64,000 bases of DNA from an uncultured delta proteobacterium (GTDB taxonomy: Bacteria > Desulfobacterota > RBG-13-43-22). The stretch spans positions 608,001 through 672,000 of the forward strand of contig CAWBOS010000012.1 of NCBI GenBank assembly GCA_963790475.1. The letters run 5' to 3'. The stretch's first letter is position 1. Each line of letters starts with the position of its first letter. The translations under genes and the position numbers were made by a program. Below are positions 8,770-19,220 of this stretch, piece by piece. A model generated the notes under the pieces. That model was not told the origin of the DNA. It did no database searches and worked only from the letters and a program-made list of their open reading frames with translations.

Positions 8770-10872
8770 CTAAGACTTATCCAAAATCATGCGGACATCG
8801 AGTCCCAGGCACCCTCCTTTCTCCAGGAATACCCGAAGGGGATTAATGTCGATCTCGCGAATTTCGGGGAGATCACATAGCAGCTGGGAAAGCCGCAGTA
8901 AGACTTCAGCCACGGACTCCAGATCGGAAGGGTTTGTCCCTCGAGCCCCCTTGAACATAGCTATTCCACGGATCTCGTTGATCATTTCCATCGCCTCCCG
9001 GGGAGTTATGGGGGCTACGCGCAAAGAGACTTCACCAAAAATTTCCACGAAAATTCCTCCCAACCCGACCAGGACGACCGGGCCGAATTGTTCATCCTGC
9101 CGTCCGCCGATGATGAGCTCCCGTCCGCCTGTGGCCATAGGCTGAATCAGCACGCCTTCAATTTTGGCCTCGGGGTAGACCTGGGTGATCCGTTTGAGCA
9201 TGTCCCGATAGGCGTCGGCCACACCGGCTTCAGTACGCAGGTTCAGCTGCACCCCACCGGCATCGGATTTATGCGAAATGGCTTTGGAGATTATTTTCAT
9301 GGCGACCGGGAAGCCCAACTCCCTGGCCGCTTTGACGGCCTCCCCTTCATCAGGAACCGGAATGCCCCGGATCATTGGAATGCCGTAAACATTCAATACC
9401 TCCCCAGCTTCATGCAGGAAGAGATCCCTTTTCTCCGTTCTCGCTTTTTGAAGAAGAGACCGGGCCATCTCCTGGTTCACTGGGAAAAGGTCACTTTTTC
9501 GAGGTTCGCGGGTGTGTTCGATTTCGGCATAATAGCGGTGGTTCAGCTCCAAAGCCCGGACGGTCTCCACGACTTGGGTGAAGATGGGATAGTTCAGGTT
9601 CCTTTTCAGCCAGGCCACTTCCTGGTCTTCCGTGGAAACGTACACGGCCACCGGTTTCTCGTATTGTTTGGAAAGCTCTCTTATTCGGGCCAGAAGTTCC
9701 CGGGATTTCGGTCCTTCAATCAAAGGGATTATGGTATGAAGGAAGACAATGCCGTCGACCCCGTCTTCAGTTAAAGTCCGTTCGATGATACGCAGAAAAA
9801 AATCCAAATCAAAGAGGTCTCCGAGGTCCAAGGGATTGGTCAGTTTAATCACCGAGGCCCGGAAATGTTTCTCGATCTCTTCGATGAATTCCTGGGGAAA
9901 CTGGGCCAGCTTAAATCCAACGTATTCACAGGCATCGGCAGCAATCACGGCATGGCCCCCGGAACGGGAGATGATCGCCAGGTTCCTGCCGCGCATCGGC
10001 GGCAGATGCAAAATCTTAAGGTCATTGCCCAAGGTAGTGGCATCGTTTACCCGTATGATCCCGCACTGGCGAAAGGCGGCATCGACCACACGGTCATTGC
10101 TGGACAGGGAGGCGGTGTGGGAAGCCGCGATAGATTTGCCGAACTGACCGATGTTGGCCTTGGAAGCCAAAATGGGCTTGCGGGATTTGCGGGCCACCGC
10201 CATGAGTTTGCGCCCGTTCTGGATCCCCTCCAGGTGGAGATAGATATAATTCGTGGCCGGGTCCTCGAGAAAATATTCGAGGAACTCTTCGGTCTGGATG
10301 TTGAGCATGTTCCCGGCCGAAACGAATTTGTTCAGCCCCAAACCTTCGTTCCCCATCAGGTTGAGCACGGACATACCCACCCCCCCGCTTTGAGAGATCA
10401 GGGAAATGTCCCCTAAGCGGACATCAGGATTCAGCGGGGTAAAAGGGGTACAAAGACCATTTTCTCTATTGATCACCCCGATGCAGTTCGGGCCGACGAA
10501 CCGGATGCCCCATTTTTCAGCCACCCGGACAATTTTTTCCTCAAACTTCTTACCCTCCTCCCCGTACTCACGAAACCCCGAGCTCTCCACGACTGCCCAG
10601 AGGATTCCTTTCTGCCCGCATTCATCGAGGATATCGGCGACCGTTCGGGCCGGAGTGAGGATGACGGCCAGGTCTACCTGATCGGGAATATCCAAAACTG
10701 ATTTGTAGATTCGCCTCCCGGCAAAAGCACCCCCTTTCGGCCCGACTTCATAGATGATCCCGCGAAAACCAAATTCAGTGAGGTTATAAATGATTCCCAG
10801 TCCCAAATTGTCCGCTGAGGTGGAAACACCGATCACGGCCACGCTGTCAGGGTAAAAAATATTCCGCATCAT
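8770..10872 (-). CDS. Acetate/acyl-CoA ligase (ADP-forming), fused alpha-beta
   Basis: SVAVIGVS, RFVGPNCIG, ISQSGG, AASHTASL (phospho-His), NPLDLG, HKSDAGGV and EIDINPL motifs. Start placed at ATG 10872 behind an RBS (the ORF track extends to 10941). Confidence 0.92.
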   Translation of the reverse strand: MMRNIFYPDSVAVIGVSTSADNLGLGIIYNLTEFGFRGIIYEVGPKGGAFAGRRIYKSVLDIPDQVDLAVILTPARTVADILDECGQKGILWAVVESSGFREYGEEGKKFEEKIVRVAEKWGIRFVGPNCIGVINRENGLCTPFTPLNPDVRLGDISLISQSGGVGMSVLNLMGNEGLGLNKFVSAGNMLNIQTEEFLEYFLEDPATNYIYLHLEGIQNGRKLMAVARKSRKPILASKANIGQFGKSIAASHTASLSSNDRVVDAAFRQCGIIRVNDATTLGNDLKILHLPPMRGRNLAIISRSGGHAVIAADACEYVGFKLAQFPQEFIEEIEKHFRASVIKLTNPLDLGDLFDLDFFLRIIERTLTEDGVDGIVFLHTIIPLIEGPKSRELLARIRELSKQYEKPVAVYVSTEDQEVAWLKRNLNYPIFTQVVETVRALELNHRYYAEIEHTREPRKSDLFPVNQEMARSLLQKARTEKRDLFLHEAGEVLNVYGIPMIRGIPVPDEGEAVKAARELGFPVAMKIISKAISHKSDAGGVQLNLRTEAGVADAYRDMLKRITQVYPEAKIEGVLIQPMATGGRELIIGGRQDEQFGPVVLVGLGGIFVEIFGEVSLRVAPITPREAMEMINEIRGIAMFKGARGTNPSDLESVAEVLLRLSQLLCDLPEIREIDINPLRVFLEKGGCLGLDVRMILDKS

Positions 10873-11038
10873 TCCCCCTATTGATTCGATTTGGTTCTTA
10901 ATATCATTCGTTTTCCACCAATGACTGCGATTGGGAAACACCGGCCTTCCGGGTCAGGGCAGAATAAAACGGCTGAGCTGAATGGAATGTTTTTGAGTTC
11001 GAGGCGGCCAAGCCGCAAATCGGGTGTAAAGCCGGGGC

Positions 11039-12979
11039 CTATTGTCCCGGATAGTCCGATTCAAGCCATCCCTTTATTGATCTTACTTTATAAGTTTTTT
11101 GGTAATATTTTATAAAGGCCTCGACGATTTTCTGATCAAAAGAAGTGTTAATCCCTCCTCTCAAACGCCTTATCGCTTCCTCGAAATGCATCGGATCTCG
11201 ATAGTGTCGTTTGGCGGTCAAGGCTTCAAAAACATCGGCTACAGCAATAATCCTGGCACCCAAGGGAATCTCATCTCCCTTCAAACCATTGGGGTACCCG
11301 CTGCCGTCTATCTTTTCATGATGGGCCCCGGCCAATAACGGGATTTCAGAATAGTTACCACTGAAATTCATCTGATCTAAAATCGTTTTGGTTTTTAAAG
11401 CGTGAGACTTTATTTCTGAATGCTCTTCATCCGTAAGCGCCCCCGGTTTTTTAAGAATATCATCCCTTACTCCCAATTTGCCATAATCGTGAAGCAGACC
11501 GGCTATTCCTATGACCTCACAATATTCTTCACTTAATCCCAATTCTCGGGCTATGCCCAAGGAATATTCGGTCACCTTTTCGGAATGACCAGCTGTTAAC
11601 GGATCCCGGGCATCAATGGAGGCCGCCAGAACGCGTAAAATAGAATTAAACTGCTGTTTTTGTTGCTCTATTAACAGGGCGTTGTTGATGCTGATTCCGA
11701 TTTGAGGGGCAATCCCCATCAGTAAACTTATATCGGTTTGAATCAACTCCCTCTTTTTTTCAATATTATCGACTACCAGGACCCCTAAAGAATTTTTCTC
11801 GTAAATAATGGGACAACAGACAAAGGATTTACTCCCGGTGCTTTTAAGAAATTCCATGCTTTTTGCTGAAATGTCATCTTTTATTTCGTCAATATTACTA
11901 ACCAAAAAAGGTTTCTGTTCGTTGAAGGAGTGGACAAAGATTCCTTTTGATTCGGGTTTATCCAAATGAAAGAAAGTATTTTTAACGGCCGACAGTTGTT
12001 CCTCGTTTAGTCCATAACCGGCAGAATAAATCAATTGAGTTTTTTCCGGATTAGACAGGAGGATCATTCCCCGGTCATAATCCAGCCGTATCTCCAGGGC
12101 GCGCATAATATTTTCCAGGATATCGTTAATATTTAACTTTTTACTGATGGCCTGTCCAATCTCATTGATCATCAAAGCATTTTTATAGTTGATATCAATT
12201 TGATCAATTTGTTGTTCTGCCAACACCCTAAAACTATTTATAGTGGTTTTTAACTCTTTCTTTTCTGATAAATTAATAACATAACTTAACGATATGAAAA
12301 CAAGAAGAATTGAAAGAATAATGATGGTATCCCAAGGGAAAAAAGGAATCAAAACACCTCCGGCCAGTAATGAAAGAACCACGCTGATATTTCTAACTCT
12401 TTTCCAAAAGGAAGAAGGGGAGGCCTCCCAGGAAATAATATAGCGGCAGACCTTTCCCCCCTTAAAAATACATTCAGTATGATCTGTCCGGGATATTTTA
12501 TAATCAAAAATGTCAACGATGGCCTGGAACATCCCCAACCTGTTTTCGCACTGATAAAGTTTTTCTTGAACACCTTCTTGAGGGGTTACGGTGATCTCTA
12601 CGGTATTGGGCGAAACTTTTCTGGACTGATAAACGAAGGATCTTGTAAACTTGGAAGTGACACGACCTAACATGGAATAGGCCATTAAGGGGCCGATCCA
12701 GGTAAGGGCATATTGTTTAAGTAATCCCGCTCCTTTCGAAAAGGCGGCGTATCGCCCTACTTCCCGGGCAATGTCCTTATTTCCGGTTAACTCTACCAGT
12801 TTCTCATGAAATCGGTCATGTTGCTCTTGAGTAAACCAGTGCCCTTCATCACTTATCTGATAGGATTCCACTTGGGAATATTTTAATAAATCCTGAATAT
12901 TGACATAGGGATAATTTGTTTTAGTAAATTCAATGTAGGTATTCAGTATTCTGCTGTTATAGAGATGTTCTTCGGCCAT
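11039..12979 (-). CDS. Membrane HD-GYP phosphodiesterase with N-terminal V4R-like domain, 2 TM helices and GAF domain
   Basis: GHSEKV, LLHDYGK, HHEKIDGSGYP and ADVFEALT motifs; GAF (SFVCCPI..LGVLVVDN); Cys pattern C..G..ECxxxGxxxC in the N-terminus. Start may be 12979 or 13000. Confidence 0.88.
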   Translation of the reverse strand: MAEEHLYNSRILNTYIEFTKTNYPYVNIQDLLKYSQVESYQISDEGHWFTQEQHDRFHEKLVELTGNKDIAREVGRYAAFSKGAGLLKQYALTWIGPLMAYSMLGRVTSKFTRSFVYQSRKVSPNTVEITVTPQEGVQEKLYQCENRLGMFQAIVDIFDYKISRTDHTECIFKGGKVCRYIISWEASPSSFWKRVRNISVVLSLLAGGVLIPFFPWDTIIILSILLVFISLSYVINLSEKKELKTTINSFRVLAEQQIDQIDINYKNALMINEIGQAISKKLNINDILENIMRALEIRLDYDRGMILLSNPEKTQLIYSAGYGLNEEQLSAVKNTFFHLDKPESKGIFVHSFNEQKPFLVSNIDEIKDDISAKSMEFLKSTGSKSFVCCPIIYEKNSLGVLVVDNIEKKRELIQTDISLLMGIAPQIGISINNALLIEQQKQQFNSILRVLAASIDARDPLTAGHSEKVTEYSLGIARELGLSEEYCEVIGIAGLLHDYGKLGVRDDILKKPGALTDEEHSEIKSHALKTKTILDQMNFSGNYSEIPLLAGAHHEKIDGSGYPNGLKGDEIPLGARIIAVADVFEALTAKRHYRDPMHFEEAIRRLRGGINTSFDQKIVEAFIKYYQKTYKVRSIKGWLESDYPGQ

Positions 12980-13331
12980 TGGATATCTTTTTGTTAACAA
13001 CTGGAAGGTTCAAAATAAATCCCCTAAAAACGATTAATAGAGGTTGAATAATTTTTCATATATTAGCATAAAAACGGTAGGAAAAGAATATAATGTTTTT
13101 TTGCAACCGTTTCCCGTACCCATGACGGTTCCCCTGCCTGACTTTTCGGCTCACCCTGTGAGGCAGGGGCCAAAGGGTGTTTAGTCGCCAACCATAAGAT
13201 GAGATGGCTCGGGGAAGATCTCCATTGATGGAAAGAGAATCAGGGGCATCCCCCAAAATCCGGCTCTTGTAATAGAGGGCTCCACTGTGGTATGTTTTCT
13301 GAACATAATTTCAGGTTGAAAGGAGTCATCC

Positions 13332-14003
13332 ATGGACCTTGTGGAGGCGATTAAGGCCAGAAAAAGTATCAGAGGATATAAAGACGACCCGATTCCACAG
13401 GAAATATTGCGGAAGATCCTGGAAGTGGCCACCTGTGCGCCATCCGCGGACAATAGTCAGCCCTGGGAGATTACCGTGATCACCGGAAAAATATTGAAAG
13501 ACATTGCTGAGGCGAATGTAGAGGCCTTAAATTCCGGACGGCCTATCACACCGGACGTGACCCACAAACCCTATGAGGGGATCTACCGGAAACGTCAGAT
13601 GGAGGTGGGTAAAAAGATTTTTGAATTGATGGATATCCCACGGGAAGACAAGGTAAAACGGAATACCTGGATATTAAGGGGCTTTCGCTTTTTTGACGCG
13701 CCTGCCGCCTTCCTTCTTGCGGCCGATGAATCCCTTGATCCGACGCGGGCGGCTTCGGATATTGGCGGTATAGCCCAAACAATCTGCCTGGTTGCCCAGA
13801 ACTATGGGCTGGGAACCTGTATCGCCTCCCAAGGAGTGTTATATGCCGATATCGTGAAGCAATTCACCAAGATTCCAAAGACAAAAAAAATCTACTGGTG
13901 CATTACCATCGGTTATCCCGATTGGGATTTTCCGGCAAATAAGGTCAAAACCGACAGGGAGCCACTTCAGGTCAACACCTCCTGGCTGGGTTTTGATGAA
14001 TAA
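13332..14003 (+). CDS. Nitroreductase family protein
   Basis: RKSIRGY, APSADNSQPW, GLGTC and IGYPD motifs. Confidence 0.92.
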   Translation: MDLVEAIKARKSIRGYKDDPIPQEILRKILEVATCAPSADNSQPWEITVITGKILKDIAEANVEALNSGRPITPDVTHKPYEGIYRKRQMEVGKKIFELMDIPREDKVKRNTWILRGFRFFDAPAAFLLAADESLDPTRAASDIGGIAQTICLVAQNYGLGTCIASQGVLYADIVKQFTKIPKTKKIYWCITIGYPDWDFPANKVKTDREPLQVNTSWLGFDE

Positions 14004-14175
14004 ACAATGAGTCCCCGATAGGCAACCATTCTCTCAGGCCAAGGTGGTTGTGCCCTTAGAATTAGTGAACCAATGAGGGATGCACATTTCCAGCCATTTC
14101 CCCGCCCTTGTAAAAAAAATTGAAAACTTTTCCTCATTTTATTTGAGGGTTCGCTATATTTTTCTTTTTTTGAAT

Positions 14176-14442
14176 CTATTTATTCGAAGAATTCACAAAT
14201 CGATTTATAGCTTCGGCTACCTGCTGGGGCTGGTCGAAATTATCAAAATGGCTGGCATTGCTGACCCATTCCAAACGGACATTCGGACATTTTGTGGAAA
14301 TATCCTCGAAGAGGGTCTTGGGTTGGGCAGGATTGTGGTCGGCCTGTAATTGCATTACCGGAAAAGGGAAATTGTTTTTACAGATCTTTCCGATGGCCGT
14401 ATCCAGATCCCAATTTTTCGGGTTAAAATATTTGGGGTTCAT
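14176..14442 (-). pseudogene. C-terminal fragment of an alpha/beta-fold hydrolase
   Basis: PVMQLQADHNP..NASHFDNFDQPQQVAEAINRF matches the catalytic-His end of alpha/beta hydrolases; no upstream core. Confidence 0.6.
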
Positions 14443-14759
14443 CCGATCGCTCTCGGCGTCGGGTCAGGATTATCCTTCTGTTTGTTTTTTTCTGGTTAAG
14501 CTCCTTCTTTCCGAGTACCCATTAAAAATGAGCCGGGGAGGGAGCAACAGGTAGCCTGTTCGTTGCGGCTTTGGACTGTGCCTATCTTAGATCTTTATCA
14601 TTGACACCCGATCGGCACCTGCTTAGGTTTCTATTTTTTTAGGCATTGATTTAAGTAAGATGTATTCCTTCCCTCTTGAAAAACAAATCTTGGGAGTTAA
14701 TCGGTTCTGGCTATCATCCATTTTGGAGGTTTCAAAGGATTATTCCCAGAGGCTATAGA

Positions 14760-15878
14760 TTATTGTAACGTCCTTAAAGACCTCTCCATTTTAATTTTCT
14801 CTGGAATCTTTTGGTAGACCGGATAGTTAACCCCATTCCACCAGCCGTGGCCGTTGGTTATCTCCTTAGGCAGGTGTAGGGGAACCTGACGCCCGTCCAG
14901 TTTTAAGGACTTTGAGGCAGCTTCCAGGATGGTTACGACTCGCAAGCCGTTATTTCCATCGGAATGGGGCCTGGTCCCTTTTCCTATGCATCCCACGAAA
15001 GTATCGCATTGTTTCCTGAGCGGTTCATATTCCTCAATTCTCGGACAATACATATCTCCGGATCGGTAGGAGAAATGAAACTCGGCAAAGGTATCATAAT
15101 AAGGGGGTATATCCACCCCCTTGTCATATATCTTTATCTTTTCCTGTAATTCCAGATCATCGTAAACTAACATTTTTCGTGTTCCAACTATCGTTGTTTT
15201 CCGGATCTTTTTCGGGTCAAGCCAACTGTTGTGAATAAAGGCGATCAGGCTATCTTTGAAACTAAGGGTAGTGGTGGCCACATCTTCCAGCTCTGTTTTA
15301 AAATGGGCTTTCCCCTGGCAGTTGACTGAAACAGGAAATTCGCCCAGGACATAAAGAATGATGGATATATCGTGGGGGGCAAGATCCCAAACCACATTGA
15401 TATCCTTTTGAAAAAGTCCCAAGTTCACGCGGGTGCAGCTCACATAGAGTATCTTTCCTAATTCCCCCGATTCGACGATCTCTTTAATCTTGTTTACAGC
15501 GGCCGTATATTCAAAGGTGTGGCCCACCATCAGGATCCGTTTTCTTTCTTTGGCTAACTTAATCAATTCCAGACAGCTTTCCAGAGAATGGGTCAGTGGT
15601 TTTTCCACCAAAACATGCTTTCCCTGCTCCAGGAATTCCTTGGCCAAAAGATAATGACTGTTAACCGGGGTGGCAATAACCGCGCCGTCCAGATCGGGCA
15701 TTTCCAGAAGTTTGTGGTAATCCTCTACTGCCTTAACGGAGGGGAAAAGAGTCTTTACCCTCTCTATTTTTTTAGGATCAAAATCACAGCAATATAATTG
15801 ATCTACCTTATTTAGTTGGGTAAAATTTCTAATCAAATTGGGTCCCCAATAGCCGCAACCTATGACTGCAATTTTCAT
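14760..15878 (-). CDS. Gfo/Idh/MocA oxidoreductase (nucleotide-sugar dehydrogenase type)
   Basis: IGCGYWG, HVLVEKP, MVGHTF and WDLAPHD motifs. Confidence 0.92.
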   Translation of the reverse strand: MKIAVIGCGYWGPNLIRNFTQLNKVDQLYCCDFDPKKIERVKTLFPSVKAVEDYHKLLEMPDLDGAVIATPVNSHYLLAKEFLEQGKHVLVEKPLTHSLESCLELIKLAKERKRILMVGHTFEYTAAVNKIKEIVESGELGKILYVSCTRVNLGLFQKDINVVWDLAPHDISIILYVLGEFPVSVNCQGKAHFKTELEDVATTTLSFKDSLIAFIHNSWLDPKKIRKTTIVGTRKMLVYDDLELQEKIKIYDKGVDIPPYYDTFAEFHFSYRSGDMYCPRIEEYEPLRKQCDTFVGCIGKGTRPHSDGNNGLRVVTILEAASKSLKLDGRQVPLHLPKEITNGHGWWNGVNYPVYQKIPEKIKMERSLRTLQ

Positions 15879-15915
15879 TTTAACCCCCTTAGTCAGAAGT
15901 TAGATAAGATTATTT

Positions 15916-17115
15916 TCAGGCGGCGCCTTTGGCCGATATAACCGCTTTAGCCGTTTTCAATAAAATCTTTATATCCAGCCAGATCGACCAGTCCCTGGCA
16001 TAACGAAGATCCAAGCGAACCATATCATCGAAAGAGGTCCGACTTCTCCCCTCCACCTGCCAGAGACCTGTGATTCCCGGTTTAATTTCCAGGATGCGTC
16101 TAAGATGCCATGGCTTATACTTTTCAATTTCATAAGGTATCGGGGGTCTTGGACCCACCAGACTCATCTCCCCCTTCAAGACGTTGAAAAATTGGGGGAG
16201 TTCGTCAAAGCTAAGCTTGCGAATAATCCTCCCGACCGGGGTAATACGGCTGTCATTTTTTATTTTAAAAAATGGTTGATCCCCATCCCCATTATTAATA
16301 TCCTCATGTTTCCCTTCGATGAGCTTGGCCAAATATTCCCTATGAACATGATCATCATTATTGACATGCATAGAACGAAACTTGCAAAAGGGAAAGCGGC
16401 TTCCTTTGCATCCTACGCGCAATTGTTTGAAGATCGCTGGACCTGGAGAAGTTATCTTGATCGCCACAGCCGTCAAGGCCATAAGGGGTGAAAAAAGGAT
16501 CAAACCTATTATAGAGCCAAATATATCCAAGCACCTTTTAAAAATACGACGGACTGGCCGGCCCTCTAAGGCCTGATCCAGTTCAAAGGGGAAAAGGTCC
16601 GGCGCTGCTTTTGATTCATCCAATATTTCTTGAAAGATGGAGTCAGGGTAACTTCCCTTAACAACGGGTAAGAACCTGTAACCATTTTCCTTTTTTATGG
16701 AGTCAACATAATAAGTTAATCCTGCTCCATCAGTATCAGGAAGGATCACCCCAATAGTTTTAGGATTGACCCAGCCTTTGATGTCCGTTTCCCGGGTCCT
16801 GGTCCTTAGGCAATTTAAGAAACTCTTAAGTTCAGATTCATTATTCAAAACAGGCTCATTTAATTGAAATAGAGCGATGGATAAAGGAGCCGAAGAACGT
16901 TCGACCCTGCGTTTTTCTCTTTTTAATTGTATTCGAAAATTCTCAGGAGATAAAAAACAATCCTCAATCCAACATTGGTTTAAGGATAGGGCTTTTTTTA
17001 AATTCTCATCCAATGAGCCTTTTGGGGTCCATTTATGAAGGGATATTCCGATCGGTTTCATCGGCAAAGAACTATGCATTTTATCCGACTTGGACATTAC
17101 AGAAATCTTTTTCAT
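15916..17115 (-). CDS. Polyprenyl-phosphate phosphoglycosyl (sugar) transferase with N-terminal degenerate GGDEF-like domain
   Basis: KRCLDI, KFRSM, SFDELPQFFNVLKGEMSLVGPRP and KPGITGLWQV motifs; the N-terminus aligns to the GGDEF fold with RETD. Confidence 0.9.
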   Translation of the reverse strand: MKKISVMSKSDKMHSSLPMKPIGISLHKWTPKGSLDENLKKALSLNQCWIEDCFLSPENFRIQLKREKRRVERSSAPLSIALFQLNEPVLNNESELKSFLNCLRTRTRETDIKGWVNPKTIGVILPDTDGAGLTYYVDSIKKENGYRFLPVVKGSYPDSIFQEILDESKAAPDLFPFELDQALEGRPVRRIFKRCLDIFGSIIGLILFSPLMALTAVAIKITSPGPAIFKQLRVGCKGSRFPFCKFRSMHVNNDDHVHREYLAKLIEGKHEDINNGDGDQPFFKIKNDSRITPVGRIIRKLSFDELPQFFNVLKGEMSLVGPRPPIPYEIEKYKPWHLRRILEIKPGITGLWQVEGRSRTSFDDMVRLDLRYARDWSIWLDIKILLKTAKAVISAKGAA

Positions 17116-17569
17116 AAATTTTGCCTACCTTTCGGATACAAATAGAAATCCTGTTGGAATGCGATCAGTATTCATCGTTTTTTTTAGTTTTTAAATTTTG
17201 TTTTAGTAGTCATGACTCCCTGCTGTAATTTTGTGCTGTTTTTGTTAGCCATTATATTAAAGAATAATATGCAATATCCATAACGGAATACCGGTATTTC
17301 TTGTGTAGGAATACTGTATATTGAGGTTAATAAGAGGGGGGTTCGGAGCGGTTTCTGGTAATATTCATTATTCAGGACAGGTCAAGTAAACGAGGCGTTA
17401 GTTTCAGACGGAGGGTCCCAGTATCAGCTTATTTTTTTTAACAGTCTCGTGATCTGCCGAAGTCCGGAAACCGGAATGGAAAATCAAAGCCAGCTCTTTT
17501 GCGAAAAATAATCATTTTATATCTCAGACCAGGCAGAAATTGGCCCATAAATTTCAAGAACCTTCGTTT

Positions 17570-18046
17570 TCAGATGAGTAGTTCCGGCTTTTCATGCCGC
17601 AGTTCGTCGCGCAAATCGAGCAAAGTGTCCTGGAGGGCGAAGGTAGCGACGTTGATGTCGGCAGTGGTCATGGCGGTGGAGGTGCAGTACATCAGCCGGG
17701 CCGCCGAGGCAACGCCGCGCATCAGTATGCCGAGATGTATACATCGCGACATGCGGCCGGCCCGGCGGCTGGCGGCGAGGCTCAGGCGTGCATTACCAAC
17801 AGGTTCGTCGGTGAGGTGGATATTGCTCAGACTACCAAGACCGATGGCCTGGCCGCGGATGCCAGTGTTCTGGAAGGCCTTGTTGAAGCCCTGGCGCAGG
17901 AGTTCACCCAGGCCATCGATGTGGGAACGCTGCTGCGGGTCGAAGCACTGCATGGCTGCGAGGCCGGCCGCCATGCTTATCGGATTTCCGCTGAATGTGC
18001 TGGCGTGCATCACCGGCCGCGGCTGGCCCGGATGGAAGCGCTGCAT
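17570..18046 (-). pseudogene. C-terminal fragment of a class III aminotransferase (glutamate-1-semialdehyde aminomutase-like)
   Basis: HASTFSGNPISMAAGLAAM motif present; the PLP-lysine region and N-terminus are absent; visibly GC-richer than the flanks. Confidence 0.78.
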
Positions 18047-18109
18047 CAGGGAAGATCCCTGCTCTCCAGGGCAGGTATCTTCAAAAGTAACCTGCCACCA
18101 TTGTGGCCC

Positions 18110-18946
18110 TTATTCTTTTTTGCTGTTTTTGCCCCTATCTTCCTCCAAGTACTGGATTGCCCTCGACGAGAGGTTGCGGAAACGACTATGGGGACGTGCA
18201 CCCGGCTCCCCACCGGCCGCGGCTTGCGAGGGGTCGGTGCGGATAAAGTATTCGCCTATTGATCGGACAGAGGTGGAAAAGCCGGACATATCCTGGGCCT
18301 GGTTGATGGCGAATTTTACGGTACGGCAATAGAACTGACCCGTTTCAACAACACGGCCGGCGTATTTCAGGGTCTCTTTCTCAAGGTCAGCGGCGGGATA
18401 GACCCGGTTGACAAAGCCCCATTGCATTGCTTCCTGCGCGGTCATAAAAGTATTTTCGTACAGGATTTCTTTGGCCTTGCGCACGCCCACATCCCAGGAG
18501 GTGGTCATGTAATCGCCATAGGTGGGGATTAAGAGGGCATCCTCGGAGGCAAAGATAAAATCCATGGCTGCAGCAATCATCCACCCGCCAAAGATACAGT
18601 AACCACGCACCATGGCGATGGTCGGCTTGGGTAAATCACGCCAGCGCAGATGCATATCAACATATATATCACGGCTGAGTCCGGTCAAAGCAAATCCACT
18701 CAGACCTTCCGCACGCCTCTTTCGGTCCGCAATCTGGTCTGGTGAATCCAGGTCGTGGCCGGCGGAAAAGGCGCGCCCCTCCCCTGATAGGATAATCACC
18801 CCGCATTGAGGGTCAGCAACTGCTTTATTGAAGGCATCATCCATCTCCAGCAGCATCGTCCAGCTTTGGGCGTTAAGTTTCTCCGGCCGGTTAAGTCTTA
18901 AGCGGGCTATCGGTCCGGGTTCGTACTTGATGGTTTTATAGTCCAT
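18110..18946 (-). CDS. Enoyl-CoA hydratase/isomerase family protein
   Basis: LNRPEKLNA, AFSAGHDL and KPTIAMVRGYCIFGG motifs. Confidence 0.92.
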   Translation of the reverse strand: MDYKTIKYEPGPIARLRLNRPEKLNAQSWTMLLEMDDAFNKAVADPQCGVIILSGEGRAFSAGHDLDSPDQIADRKRRAEGLSGFALTGLSRDIYVDMHLRWRDLPKPTIAMVRGYCIFGGWMIAAAMDFIFASEDALLIPTYGDYMTTSWDVGVRKAKEILYENTFMTAQEAMQWGFVNRVYPAADLEKETLKYAGRVVETGQFYCRTVKFAINQAQDMSGFSTSVRSIGEYFIRTDPSQAAAGGEPGARPHSRFRNLSSRAIQYLEEDRGKNSKKE

Positions 18947-19017
18947 GCTATTCCTTTTGGAGTTATTAGTGAAAAGTTAGGCATTGAGCTGATAAGACAT
19001 TCCTTTTTTAGGTAGAG

Positions 19018-19046
19018 AGTATAAAATAAGCAAAAATAGGGGTCAA
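19018..19046 (-). promoter_or_regulatory. Sigma70-type promoter TTGACC-N17-TATACT
   Basis: -35 at 19046-19041 and -10 at 19023-19018. Confidence 0.62.
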
Positions 19047-19220
19047 GTCGAAACCAAATCTGAGAGAAAAGAAATGAAACGGAGATATCGGATTAGTCTA
19101 TCTAAGGTTTAAGGAAGTTAGGTTTGGGTGGGGTCCCTGCCCAAAGGTCTTCGGACAGCTCTATTTGGGAAAATGAATATAAAAGAAGCCCAAAGAGGGG
19201 CAAGGAGGTAAAGGAAAGAA

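Noticed and set aside
13105-13300. Hairpins (CCCCTGCCT/AGGCAGGGG) upstream of the nitroreductase as a cobalamin or c-di-GMP riboswitch
   Set aside because: Only a superficial GGTTCCCC..AAAGGG resemblance; the conserved core and B12 box or GEMM motifs are not visible. An Infernal/Rfam scan would settle it.
17499-18332. Long plus-strand ORFs (277 and 222 aa) and similar antisense ORFs elsewhere (9088-9774, 25540-26193, 27504-28028)
   Set aside because: Shadow frames opposite well-supported genes in GC-richer DNA, with no recognisable motifs.
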